Part shown: positions 27,480-41,865 of the stretch, one piece after another
Position numbering within the stretch: the stretch's first letter is position 1
How the letters are laid out: every line of letters begins with the position of its first letter
Assembly: GCA_964016885.1 (NCBI GenBank)
Contig: OZ024749.1
Coordinates: 55,180,001 to 55,244,000 of the forward strand
Length of the DNA: 64,000 bases
Source of the DNA: Eledone cirrhosa
Lineage: Eukaryota
Direction: 5' to 3'
Program-made: the position numbers and the translations under genes
The notes under the pieces: model-generated
What the model was told of the DNA's origin: nothing
What the model saw: only the letters and a program-made list of their open reading frames with translations
The model's database searches: none

Positions 27480-28190
27480 TTGAAGATAGTTAAGGTGATT
27501 AGAGAGGTGAGTGACAGGAAGGTGAGAGGGTGCTGTCGAAAGAGGATCAGCATGTCATTGGTGACAGAAGAAGCACATGTGATGACTATAGGTTGACACC
27601 TCTGACGGACAAAGTAGGCTGTGGAGTTAGGGAGGGAGGACTACTGATGGTGAAACGCAGGGTTAGGTGAAGGACGTGATATACGTGATTGATAAAAATA
27701 TATAGAGACCCTTTACAGGGGGTAAATGTTACATAATATAGTAGAAGATTGATGTAAACACATGGAGAGCTGTTGCTTAGCAGAAGTCGTAGTGAAGGGT
27801 CTTAATGGTAACACAGGGTAGAAAGAATAGTAAAGTGACCTTTTTATGTTGGCAGAAGTCATAGGGGGGGGGGGGGGCTTATTGGTAACTCAGGCGAGGG
27901 GAGTAAAGTGACCTTTTTATGGCAGAGGGCACATTAGAGAGTCAGGTGCAATGCAGGCTAGAGGCCATAGTAAGAGGACCTTTTGTATGGAAGTGGTCAG
28001 ACAGGAGAAGGTAAAAGGTGAAACAGGCCAGGAGCCAAGATAAGGTGACCATTTGGGGGCAGTGGTCATCCGTGAGAGGGTCAAATGTGGAACAGAATAG
28101 AGAAGTATAACAAGGTCTGTGCCAAGTATTGACGAGTAGTGAGAGAGGTAAGGGGGCAGGTGTAAGATGTCAGTGTATTTCAGTTCCACG
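27480..28190 (-). mobile_element. Possible highly decayed retroelement (Penelope-like RT?) remnant
   Basis: Pyrimidine-rich minus strand with faint similarity to an 'MDVTSLYTNIP..GL' type motif near 27770-27700; weak. Confidence 0.25.
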
Positions 28191-28869
28191 TGCGATATAT
28201 ATATATAGAGAGAGAGGGGGAGATAGAGAGAGAGATTTCCCCGCTAGAAGAAGAAGCAAAGAACACTAACCATTCTCTCTCGGCTTCCTTCTACTGAGAG
28301 AATCCTGGTGGAACAACACACACTTGCTTTACTTCGGAACATTCGATCTATCTATCTATATATGTCAGTGTATATATGTTTACATGTGTGTGTATATATC
28401 TGAGAGTAATTATAGGTATGTGTATGTCTTTATATATGCGTGCATCTGTGCGAATGTGTTTGTATGTTTGTATGTGTGTGTGTATGTCTATATACATATG
28501 TATGTACAACTGTTCACATGTGTCTGTTGGTATGTGTGTGTGTGTATGTGTTTACATACAGTACTGGTCCTTTGATTTCAGTTTGCACCTGCATCGATCT
28601 GATGCAATCCAAATCAGACAGATCGATCTATCACACCGTTCTACCTCTACTATCAACATTAACACTATTACCACCACAACCACAATCACCAACAATATCA
28701 ACACAACCAACAATAACACAGCCACTAACAACACCACTGTCAACATAGCCACTAATACTAAGACACTAACACCATCAGTGCTACAAATACCACAGCCTAC
28801 AAGACCAAAAACACACCAGTTACCAACACAACAGCCGGCACCACAAACACTAACACCACCATCAATACC

Positions 28870-29270
28870 ACTAATTCCACCACCAAACCACCAACACTAC
28901 CAACACCCCCAATACCACCACAAACACCACCACCATCACCACCAACACCACCAACACCACCAACAGCAGCACCACCACCACCACCACCACCACCACCAAC
29001 ACCACCAACACCACCAACAGCACCACCACCAACACCACCAACACCACCAACACCACCACCACCACCAACACCACCACCACCACCACCACCACCAACACCA
29101 CCAACACCACACCACCAACAACACCACCAACACCACCAACAGCACCACCACCAACACCACCAACACCATCAATACCACCACCAACACCACCACCACCACC
29201 AACACCACCACCACCACCACCACCACCACCACCACCAACACCACCAACACCACACCACCAACAACACCAT
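28870..29270. repeat. (CAC/CAA)n repeat
   Basis: Directly visible. Confidence 0.95.
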
Positions 29271-29360
29271 TAAAGTTGAGATAAAAATAATGAAACGTCA
29301 ATGTTAATTATTTAACTACTTCAAATGTATTTACAGTATGGTGTAAGTAGTTATATATAT

Positions 29361-29399
<39 letters not shown>

Positions 29400-29719
29400 C
29401 ATACCACACACGGTGGTGTATATATATATATAGTACATATAAATATATCACCCCATACTGTAATTATATATATATAGGTGTGTGTGCATGTGTAAAGGTA
29501 GTGGTCGTAGTGATGAGCTTGGAGATGGTGGTGATGGTTTTGGTGATGGTTTTGGTGGTGATGGTCTGACTGGTAGTGATGAGGAGGGGGGTATGATTCA
29601 CAGTTGAGGTATGGGGTGATTAATAGTTGTTGTGGCGGTGGAGGGTGGGTAGTTTTAGTTTGGAATGGTATTTGATAAGACTGCCCCCTCGAATATATAT
29701 AAGTTACATTCTAAAGGAG

Positions 29720-29900
29720 GGTCAGTCTTCCACACATTTTCAGTCTACCCAATTTCACCCCAAAAATATTTAGTCGATCTTTATCTATAGTAGAAGAATC
29801 TCTCTCTCTCTCTCTCGGGGTACTGCGTGGTGGGTTTGATCTCATGTCTATAGAATTACAGAACGGACTGCTAAGCCGTCATAGATATCCATACACCTAT
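29720..29900 (-). mobile_element. SINE S3, diverged
   Basis: 'ttttcagtctacccaatttcac..gtcga..ctatagtagaaga..' is the reverse complement of the S3 body. Confidence 0.55.
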
Positions 29901-30049
29901 GTACACAGAAACACAAACACATATATATATATAGAGAGACTTATATACACTGTTTATTGGTCAAACTCAAATAGAAATTATATAATTAAATCTCATTCCA
30001 TTCCTTATTAACCGGAATTCAAGTCTGAATAATCTAACTGCATATATAT

Positions 30050-30117
<68 letters not shown>

Positions 30118-30247
30118 GTTTGTACATATATGCATACATATATATGTTTGTATATATATGTTTGTATATATATATATATATATATATATACGTTTGTATA
30201 TATACGCATACATATATATGTTTATATATATATATACATAGATAAAT

Positions 30248-30278
<31 letters not shown>

Positions 30279-30350
30279 CATAGATGTTTATATATATATT
30301 ATATATATATATAAACATAGATGTTTATATATATATATATAAACATAGAT

Positions 30351-30385
<35 letters not shown>

Positions 30386-30412
30386 GATATATACATACTT
30401 ATATATATATGG

Positions 30413-30447
<35 letters not shown>

Positions 30448-30501
30448 CTTATATATATATGTTTATATATATATATATATATATACATAGATATATACAT
30501 A

Positions 30502-30556
<55 letters not shown>

Positions 30557-31329
30557 CAAGCCATGTTTTAAGTTTATCGTGTCTTGAAATCTCAAAGGGT
30601 TTTATTCTTCATGGCTTCGTGGATGCTAAAATTTATAATTGCTCAGATGAACGAAGAGTATTTTTAACCCAGACATACATTTAACCGCCTAGTTAGTCAA
30701 ACACGATAGTTAAATAACGCTACACATTGAAACATATATTTAACTGGCTGACTGGGAAAATGTTATATTTAACTCACTGTTCCACCTTATTTAACTAGCT
30801 ATTCAGGGTCATTGTTAAGTAGTGACCAAATAAGATTTCTATTTAACTGAAATAACCTGGTGGAGACAGTATTTTATTTCGCTGATAATAGATACTTTAA
30901 TCATCTATATTTTTAACTGATCGACGAAACATTAGCCAGTGCTGTTAGTTAAATTAATGAAGTATGAATTAAAGTGGCATGAGGTATAAAGATATAATAT
31001 TCAGGATATTACCACTGCATTTCCTTAAGGTGGAAATGTTATTTGGTATTAAGCTACGTTCCTTTCTTTTAATTCAGTATTCGAATCCCATCGGGTGGTT
31101 ATTTCCTATTTAACTTTCCGTGGTTTATAAAATATATGCCAGTAATATATTGTCATATGTATTCCCTCTCCTGGGTGACCTTGTGTCTGTCCCTATTAGA
31201 TATCAATAATAGCTGTTGGCGAGGCTGTATTTATCGAGAGAGGTTGGGGGCGAATCTCCCCTCCCCAAGGTCTAAATCTGTTCCTAAATGATGGCATGTA
31301 TGCATGGTCTTGTAACTCCTGTTTGAGTT

Positions 31330-31650
31330 GTAGGGGCACCGTATTGCCACACGACGAATCATTTTGTTAAAGGGCATTTGTTAAACCTGGCAGAGCCCAC
31401 CTTCTCACTAGTTATGAACTCAGCAGATCTCTTCGAGGGGAGGTTTAGAAAGAATTAGAGAATGGAAGTGAGAAAGAGATATAGAGGAAGAATCGACCTC
31501 AGCACTAGACTGGTACTTTTTTTTATCGACTTTGAATGATGAAAAGTAAAGTTGACCTCGGAGGGATTTGAAGTCAGAGATCAGAGAGCTGGAATGAACA
31601 CCATAAAGTATTTTATCTGACATTCTAACAACTCTGTCAATTCACATCCT
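31330..31650 (-). mobile_element. SINE S1 long-tail variant
   Basis: Homologous to 2020-2330. Confidence 0.75.
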
Positions 31651-31654
31651 TCTT

Positions 31655-31850
31655 AGGTGATGGACAGTTTGATAAAACAGAAGAATAGTTAGAACGATGG
31701 ATGAAATCTTATGCGGTGTTTAATTACGTCTCTTTCCTTTTTGAGTTCAAATACCGCCGAGAAATTTTGTTTTCTTTTCCGATGTTGATAGAATCATTGG
31801 CAGACGAGAACTGACGCTGATGCAGTAGACACAAATAAACATTTGTGGCT
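31655..31850 (+). mobile_element. SINE S1, diverged
   Basis: 'tgagttcaaataccgccgag' B-box and degenerate core. Confidence 0.6.
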
Positions 31851-32795
31851 TACATTATTATACAAAGTTTATATAACTGAATAAACAGAAAACTCGATAT
31901 TTAAATGGGCGTCTAGTAATTTATATTTAATAGTTCCTGAATGTATTTAATATATATTTTATATGTAATACCTTTAATAGGAAAGTCAAAGCTAACAATT
32001 AAATGACCAGACAAACAACACAACAAATTATATTGGCGACAATGTTTTGTTCGACTGGAAAAACAAACACACAAACACACACAAACTAAAAAAATATCTA
32101 CGTTTAACGTACATTGAATTAACCAGGTTAATATACCTCAACAAATATCTAAATTAAAATGATGACTCAGAGACATTATTTTATTATATTTATATATGTA
32201 CTTTTTCAAACAAGCCAAGTTGGTCGACAAAATGACCACACAAATGTTATATTAAACTGACCAAAACTAATAAACCGATTATTCATGTGACCAAACCAAT
32301 AAAATTTATATTCAAATAAACGCTACAGTTTAAAGTGGCTTCTGCAAGCACAAGTCATACATTAGTGGCCAACCTAAAATTATATTTAAATTCTCATAGA
32401 AGCAAAAGATGTGTAATTATCGCCACTGACAAACGAAAATTTGTGGTCAGATGATCGGATAAATTAAATGTTGTGCTGATATAAGAACTGCCATGAAGAA
32501 CATTTGTCGTCTCAGTGATTACTGACCAACGAACCTTGACCACAAATAATAGGTTAGTCTTTGAAGTAACCTATAACAGTACATACCGACCATCCCACTC
32601 TGGGGTCTAAACTATCCTGAAATGTTCCAAAATAGCAACCATTATTATATCCATTAGAAGACACTACTTGTCATTTCAGGCTGCTTTTAAGATATTTTTG
32701 TCTAATTGATAGTTATTAAAGTACCTGACATCGGCGTTGACGATGTTACTCACTCACAAATCCATTGAAGTATTTTCAGTTCTTAGCTGTCTACT

Positions 32796-32860
<65 letters not shown>

Positions 32861-32953
32861 GGTAATTCCGAAGGAAAAGCAAAGGAAAAAAGAGTGCTCT
32901 ATGTATAGAACAGAGCTATTTAATTAGAAAGTGAACAACACAAAATATAACTA

Positions 32954-33021
32954 CTCCATTACCAAAGGTTTCTGGATCACAGACAATATTAATTGACGTC
33001 TGGATCGGTCATCAGATAGAG
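32954..33021 (-). ncRNA. Type-I hammerhead ribozyme motif in a microsatellite-flanked insert (32860-33035)
   Basis: Minus strand: ctctat-CTGATGA-ccgatccagac..gtctgtgatcca-GAAAC-c ttt g-GTA-atggag; 6-bp stem I with one G-U pair. Confidence 0.75.
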
Positions 33022-33033
33022 ATGTTATCAGAC

Positions 33034-33072
<39 letters not shown>

Positions 33073-33114
33073 CATTTATTCTTATTTCTGTTTCTCCTTT
33101 TATTCTGTCTTTAT

Positions 33115-33160
33115 TTGTACTCCTGAAGAAGGGCTTAAACCCAACACGTCCAACTTTCCT
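33115..33160 (+). ncRNA. Degenerate hammerhead-like motif
   Basis: CTGAAGA-aggg cttaaa ccc-aacac-GTC (GAAAC is mutated); lies within a TG/TA-flanked insert 33070-33222. Confidence 0.4.
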
Positions 33161-34091
33161 CTTTCCAATATAAAACGTGAAACTACTAAGACTTGTACCT
33201 CAGATTGTGGTTTCCTTCAACTATATATATATATATATATATACTAATATATTTATGTGTGTATTCTGAAAAGGTTGCAAAGAAATATAATTCATTTATG
33301 AAATATAAAATGTTCCCTGGATATACTATACAATAAGCTATATGCATAATTACGACTGCAGTATTATATTTGCTGTAAGGCATAATATATTTTCTCTAGA
33401 AAATTAACAAATTTTAATAAATTAAATTGGGAAATTATTCGTGTTGTTGTTGTTGTTTTAATCTAAACAATTTAAGAAAATAATAATGAAGGATTATCAA
33501 TTTAGCTCTGATTAAATTAGAAATATTTATTTAAGGTGAAGATTAAGAAGAATTGGTAGAGTGAAGGTGGGTGAAGACAGGTGGTTTTAAATCCTGTCAA
33601 AATCAAATTTGCCGTTCGTCAGCTTCAAGCGGTAATCAGCGGCCAGAGGACATTTGAAGTAATAGTTAAACGTCCTCGCCCAGCACCCATGAGATACGTA
33701 GTTCGATACCAAGGAGGAGAGGCGGCAGAACTGGGAAACCCCCTCGCCCAATAACTATATTTTTCTCCCCAAACTACCAAAACACAGATCTATTTGCTAC
33801 CGTTTTTCTTTTCCTTGTTTTAGCAGAGCGAGCAGACGAGTAATAGTTCCCTCGTGGGGCCTTAAGACATGTCGGTGTTTTGTCCAACTGTCCTAGATGT
33901 TTTTAAAATACTCTAGCTCAGTTCTATTCTCACTTTCCTGACAATGTATAGATATTGAAGTCAACCATTATATTGTAGAATTATAGACATTTTGCTCAAA
34001 ATTTTATTTTTTCCGAATAATTTTTATCTCGTTTTCTTTGTTAGAAGAGTACATACAGACACACACACAAACATACGTATATATATATGAA

Positions 34092-34300
34092 GGCGTGTGG
34101 CTGAGTGGTTAGAGAATTGGATTCGCAATCGTAAGGTTGTGAGTTCGATTCCAGGACCAGGCGATGCGTTATGTCCTTGAGCAAGACACTTTATTTCACG
34201 TTGCTCCTTCTACCTGGAGTTGCGACCGATAGATAGTATTAGCAATTGGAAAGACCAACGGAAACATTGTTCCCTCGGTCCGATTTGACGAAAGTCGATC
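34092..34300 (+). mobile_element. tRNA-derived SINE (family S2, OR-like)
   Basis: A-box TGGCTGAGTGG, B-box GAGTTCGATTCC, core 'tgtccttgagcaagacact'. Confidence 0.85.
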
Positions 34301-34464
34301 GTTCCTTTAATGTCTCATATGAAATAATACAGCCAATTTTCCACGCAATACTTTTAGTTAGCACCCCGAACGTTTAATTAGGAATATAATCACTTATTTC
34401 CTAATGTTTGTTGAGTGAGTTGGAATTTGGCCAGAGTATCGCTAAAAAGCTTTCTCCGATATTG

Positions 34465-34511
<47 letters not shown>

Positions 34512-34586
34512 CTATATATATTATATATTATATATTATATATATATTATATATATATATCTGTTTTGTTCCCGTCTAAATTTGCAC

Positions 34587-36321
<1,735 letters not shown>

Positions 36322-37042
36322 GTATATATATTCTTTTACACTTCACAGACCGATATATATTTTTTTCTCAAGCATCTTAAAAATTCTCTTTCTGTTTCCA
36401 TCTTTTTATAAAAATATAATCTTTTCTTTACTTTAAATTTTTTTCTTCTTGTTTAACTTCTTGAAATATATTTTATTTACAACCATTTCATTATTATTAT
36501 TTTTACATTATTATTATTATCACTATTATTAATATTATCATCAGCAGCAGCAGCATAGCAAAACATTTTATCTTTGATTTGTTATCCTTTTCTATATTTT
36601 TTTTGTATTATTTTTCTTCAAACCAACTTTATTGGAGTGGGGGGTAAAATTACAATTTTTTTTTTAGCATTTTATTAGTTTTATTACATTTATTATTATT
36701 TTTTTTTTTTTTAAGATTTTATTTTCATTTATTTGATCTTTTCAGTGTTGAAAAAAATTTTTTTTTCTTTAATTTTATTTTCTTCCATAATATTCTATAT
36801 TTTTATAGCGTAATTATTGTTGTTGTTGTTGTTTTTGTTTCTATTATTATTATTGTTGCTGGTTTTTGTTATTTTTTATATTAATTGTCTATATTAGTAT
36901 TTGTTATTTGAAATTGTATAATTTCATGTGTCTATTGAATGTGTGTGTGTGAGAGCGAGAGCATACGTATATATGTGTGTGTGTGTGTATGTATATATAT
37001 ATATACATATATATAAAATAGGAATAAATAAATCTAAATAAA

Positions 37043-37080
<38 letters not shown>

Positions 37081-37230
37081 TACGCATGCATCTATATATA
37101 TGTCAGATTTTGTGATATATACACTATATATACAATATATATATATATATATCTTTGGTACATTTTTTCTTCTTTTCTTCTTTCGTTAATTATAGTATAA
37201 CTGTATAACTTTATATTTTGTCTTTGTCTA

Positions 37231-37308
<78 letters not shown>

Positions 37309-37589
37309 GAAATATATACACATATGTGTATATATTTCTTTATTCATCTTATACTTTCCTTTTTCTTTCCTTTTCCTTTCCAGACTGGTTATATTGCTTT
37401 TCTTTTATTTTCCTTCTTTATTTTATTATTGATTCAATGCTGGTTTCTTCAGCTATTAAATGGTCTATTGCGTAAATTGGGTGATTTACATCAGTTACAA
37501 CTATTTCATTTTGTTTCGTTACAATTCAGATATTTTTCCTTTTTTCATTTATTGTGTCGTCCTATTCTTTGGTTAATGTTATACTTTAT

Positions 37590-37895
37590 TTTTTGGTGTG
37601 GTTGTGTCGTTGTTTTTTTGGTGTGGTTGTGTCGTTGTTTTTTTTGGTGTGGTTGTGTCGTTGTTTTTTCGTGTCGTTGTGTCGTTGTTTTTTTGATGTG
37701 GTTGTGTCGTTGTTTTTTTATGTGGTTGTGTCGTTGTTTTTTTTTATTTTTTGGGGTGTGGTTGTGTCGTTGTTTTTTTTTTTGTCTGGTTGTGTCGTTG
37801 TTTCTTTTGTGTGGTTGTCGTTGTTTTTTTGTATGGTTGTGTCGTTGTTTTTTTTTTTTGGTGTGGTTGTGTCGTTGTTTTTTGTTGTTTTTTGC
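37590..37895. repeat. About 24-bp minisatellite (GTGGTTGTGTCGTTG-T-run), about 12 copies
   Basis: Directly visible. Confidence 0.9.
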
Positions 37896-38089
37896 CATTT
37901 TGAAATATTATTTTTATTATTTTTTTAAAATCTTGCCTATTTGCGGCTTATCTAAATTTTATTTCTTCAAGAATTATTTTAATAGCTCGTAGTATAATCA
38001 TTATGTTCGAAGGTCTGTAAAGTGTTAGAATTGGTAGAGATGGTTTAAAAAACAATATATGCTTTCTTGTATTTTATTTGTCCCCCTTT

Positions 38090-38124
<35 letters not shown>

Positions 38125-38454
38125 TTGTGTATATAATGTATATATGTCACAAATCTGACACGTATATAGATGCATATATATATGCATGCATCTATATATG
38201 TGTCAGATTTTGTGATATATACACTATATAAACATATATATACACTATATATATATATATATGGGTGTGTGAGTGTGTGTCCATTAATACTACCACACTT
38301 TTACGACAGATTGATACGACTAAGACAGTGGTTTCTAACATAGGCTAAGGTGAGAGAGATGGTCAGAGAGATGGTGAGACAGATGAGGAAGATAAGACCT
38401 TATCTAGGCTTGTCCAAAATTTAATAAAGACAGCAAGCAAGACATATAACGCTA

Positions 38455-38640
38455 ATAATTGTTTTTACTTTTTGCACAAGGCCACCAGTTACCCAGTGCA
38501 TTACTGGTACTTTATTTTATCGACCCCGTAATGATAAAAGACAAAGTTAATCTCGGCGGGATTTGAACTCAGAATGGCAAGGGCCGTAACTCTATCCTGC
38601 AAAGCATGGTGTCCGACCCTCTACCGATACTGCCAATAAC
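38455..38640 (-). mobile_element. SINE S1, near full length
   Basis: Close match to the reverse complement of 60426-60617. Confidence 0.9.
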
Positions 38641-39094
38641 GCTAATAATGAGTTGAAAGTAGACTACGGATAATATAAACAATGAAGTTTCTAGTAGTTC
38701 TTGTCTATAAAGCCAAATGGGGAAAAATCAATAGTCATACTTCAATTGTATTAGACCTCTTCAGCGAATCGTACACAAACCGGTTGAGAAGATATTTCGA
38801 GGATTGTTTGTAAAAAAAGAAATACCTCGCTAAACCTATTTTTTACATACACTATGAAATACGTTTGTAGAGTTTCTACGGTTTAATTTAACAAATTTAT
38901 TTTAAAATGGGTCAAGGCTGCACAGGAGATTAAAAGGTGAAGACAAAAATCTGTTTCTGAGAAAATTCATTCTTATTGTGGAAAAATGGTTGGATTTTAT
39001 TATCGTCTCTCTTTATCCTGGAGTTTTATTGATGTCTTCTACGTTCCATTTCAACATGACAGCTTGATAAGCAGTTTTACTAATAAGAATGCTT

Positions 39095-39182
<88 letters not shown>

Positions 39183-39779
39183 TGTTGTTTCCAATATCTA
39201 GGAATGTGACACGGTGTTGAAACTTTCTCAATAATCAATCCATACAATTCTTAAACTTTTCTTTCCTTGAATGTTGTTTCTTTTTTGCTCTTCTTTCGCT
39301 TTTTTTTTTTTTTTTTTTTTTGAGAGAGAGTAGGTTTCTTTTTGCAATAGCTACTGCCTGGCTTACATCTCCGTGAATCCACTTTCTGATACATTTTTTT
39401 TCTGCTTCTCTGTTACGATAATAATATCTATCTTTCACATGAATAAACAACCCCTTTGGGGACTTTAGATATTAATAATAAACAGGTTATCATTGGTCTG
39501 CTGTAGTTTGGATCTCTTTCTCTCTCACGCACATACACACACACTCTATCTCTATCTCTCTCTTTCTCTTTCTTTCTTTCTCTCTCTCTCTCACGCACAC
39601 ACACACACACTCTATCTCTCGCTTTCTCTCTATCTCTTTCTCTCTCTCTCTCCCTGTGGTTGTGGGTATCAATGTGTGTGTGTTTATTCTGTTGAGAATA
39701 ATGTTGATATTATTTTTTCATCTCTTATTAACCACTTCGATGTTTATTCTTCTCTCTTTATACATATATATACAACATC

Positions 39780-39816
<37 letters not shown>

Positions 39817-39857
39817 CATACGTTCATAAATATATATATAAAATATACATACGCACG

Positions 39858-39903
<46 letters not shown>

Positions 39904-39930
39904 CATACATTCATAAATATATATATAAAA

Positions 39931-39981
<51 letters not shown>

Positions 39982-40082
39982 ACATCATGCATATATATAT
40001 ATATATATATACATACATACATACATACATACATTCATAAATATATATATAAAAATATACATATATATATATATATATATAT

Positions 40083-40269
40083 ATTGTTTCTACGTTAAGC
40101 ACAAGGCCAGCAATTACCAGTGCATTACTGGTACTTTATTTTATCGACTCCGTAAGGATGAAAGGCAAAGTTAACCTCGGTGGGATTTGAACTCAGAATG
40201 GCAAGGGTCGTAACTCTATACGTCAAAGCATGGCGTCCGACCCTCTCCCTATACTGCCAATCCACCGCC

Positions 40270-40270
<1 letters not shown>
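40083..40270 (-). mobile_element. SINE S1, full length
   Basis: Head 'ggcggtggattggcagtat', B-box, core and 'gtagaaacaat' tail on the minus strand. Confidence 0.9.
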
Positions 40271-40353
<83 letters not shown>

Positions 40354-40605
40354 CAGCTTAAGAAGTGCTTTAAGCAGAAATTGGTGACTATATCAACTGC
40401 GGACGACTTCCAGTTGTTAATCATCTCCATTATATTCCCTCACTAGTTCTACTATATTCTTATGATCTTATATTCCATAGTTCCGTTATTTCTTTCTTCT
40501 TTCGCCTTTCTTTCCTACTTTATTCTTTCTTATTTTATTACTCACCTTTAATCGTGTTGTATATTTTGCTCCCAAAGCTCTGATCCAATATCATATATAT
40601 TATAT

Positions 40606-40712
40606 CCCGCCGGGGTTAACTTTGCCTTTCATCCTTATGAGATCGATAAAATAAAGTACCAGTAATACACTGAAATTGCTGGCCTTGTGCCAAAAGTAGA
40701 AACAATTATTTC
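40606..40712 (+). mobile_element. SINE S1, 5'-truncated
   Basis: Core and tail only. Confidence 0.85.
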
Positions 40713-40719
40713 TCTTGAT

Positions 40720-41350
40720 GTTGTTGTTGTCGTTCTAGTTGTTGTAGTTGATGTTGTTGTATTTCTAGTTGGTGTAGTTGGTGTAGTTTTTTGTAGTAGT
40801 TGTTGTAGTAGTAGTTGTGGTTGTTGTAGTTGTGGTTGTTTTAGTTGTTGTAGTAGTAGTTGTGGTTGTTGTTGTAGTTGTTGTTGTAGTAGTTGTGGTT
40901 GTTGTAGTTGCTGTAGTAGTAGTAGTTGTGGTTGTTGTAGTAGTTGTGGTTGTTGTAGTTGCTGTAGTAGTAGTTGTTGTAGTTGTGGTTGTTGTAGTAG
41001 TAGTTGTGGTTGTTGTAGTTGCTGTAGTAGTTGTGGTTGTTGTAGTAGTTGTGGTTGTTGTAGTTGCTGTAGTAGTAGTAGTTGTGGTTGTTGTAGTAGT
41101 AGTTGTGGTTGCTGTAGTTGCTGTAGTAGTAGTTGTTGTAGTTGTGGTTGTTGTAGTTGTAGTAGTAGTAGTAGTTGTAGTAGTAGTAGTTGTTGTAGTT
41201 GTAGTAATAGTAGTTGTTGTTATTTCTGTTGTTGCTGTTGTTGCTGTTATTTATTTTAGTTATTTCTGTGTTGTTGTTACTACTGCTTATTGTATTTGTG
41301 GTTGCTGCTGTTGTTGTTGTTGCTACTGTTGTTGCTGTTGTTGCTGTTGT
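40720..41350. repeat. (GTT/GTA/GTG)n cryptic repeat
   Basis: Directly visible; gives the spurious Cys/Ser and poly-Val ORFs. Confidence 0.9.
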
Positions 41351-41661
41351 ATATTCCGCTATGATGTTTCTTTTATTCAAGTCCCGGTAGAATATTTTCG
41401 TATTTGTTTCAAATATATGATATATTTTTTTTATATTTATTTTATGTACAGGAGAACAGCTCGCTTTCCATTTTTGTTTTTACAATATCACCCACCCCAC
41501 CCCGCACAAACCACTCCATTCCTAGTTCACACAATAAGTATACACATTTATTTGTTTATACACACACACATACACACACATATATATATCTATGTATGTA
41601 TGTGTATATATATATACATACATACATATATATATATATATACAAGCTCGACCTGATGATG

Positions 41662-41760
<99 letters not shown>

Positions 41761-41770
41761 CACATACATG

Positions 41771-41865
<95 letters not shown>

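Noticed and set aside
26121-29301. Mucin-like, poly-Q and poly-H ORFs
   Set aside because: CAA/CAC simple repeats open on both strands, with no unique domain
34092-34160. Possible tRNA gene
   Set aside because: A/B boxes run into a repeated SINE body (second copy at 12945) and there is no acceptor stem
40687-41259. Cys/Ser/Gly-rich ORF resembling a metallothionein or keratin-associated protein
   Set aside because: Lies entirely in a GTT/GTA trinucleotide repeat that is open in several frames, with no splice or start support
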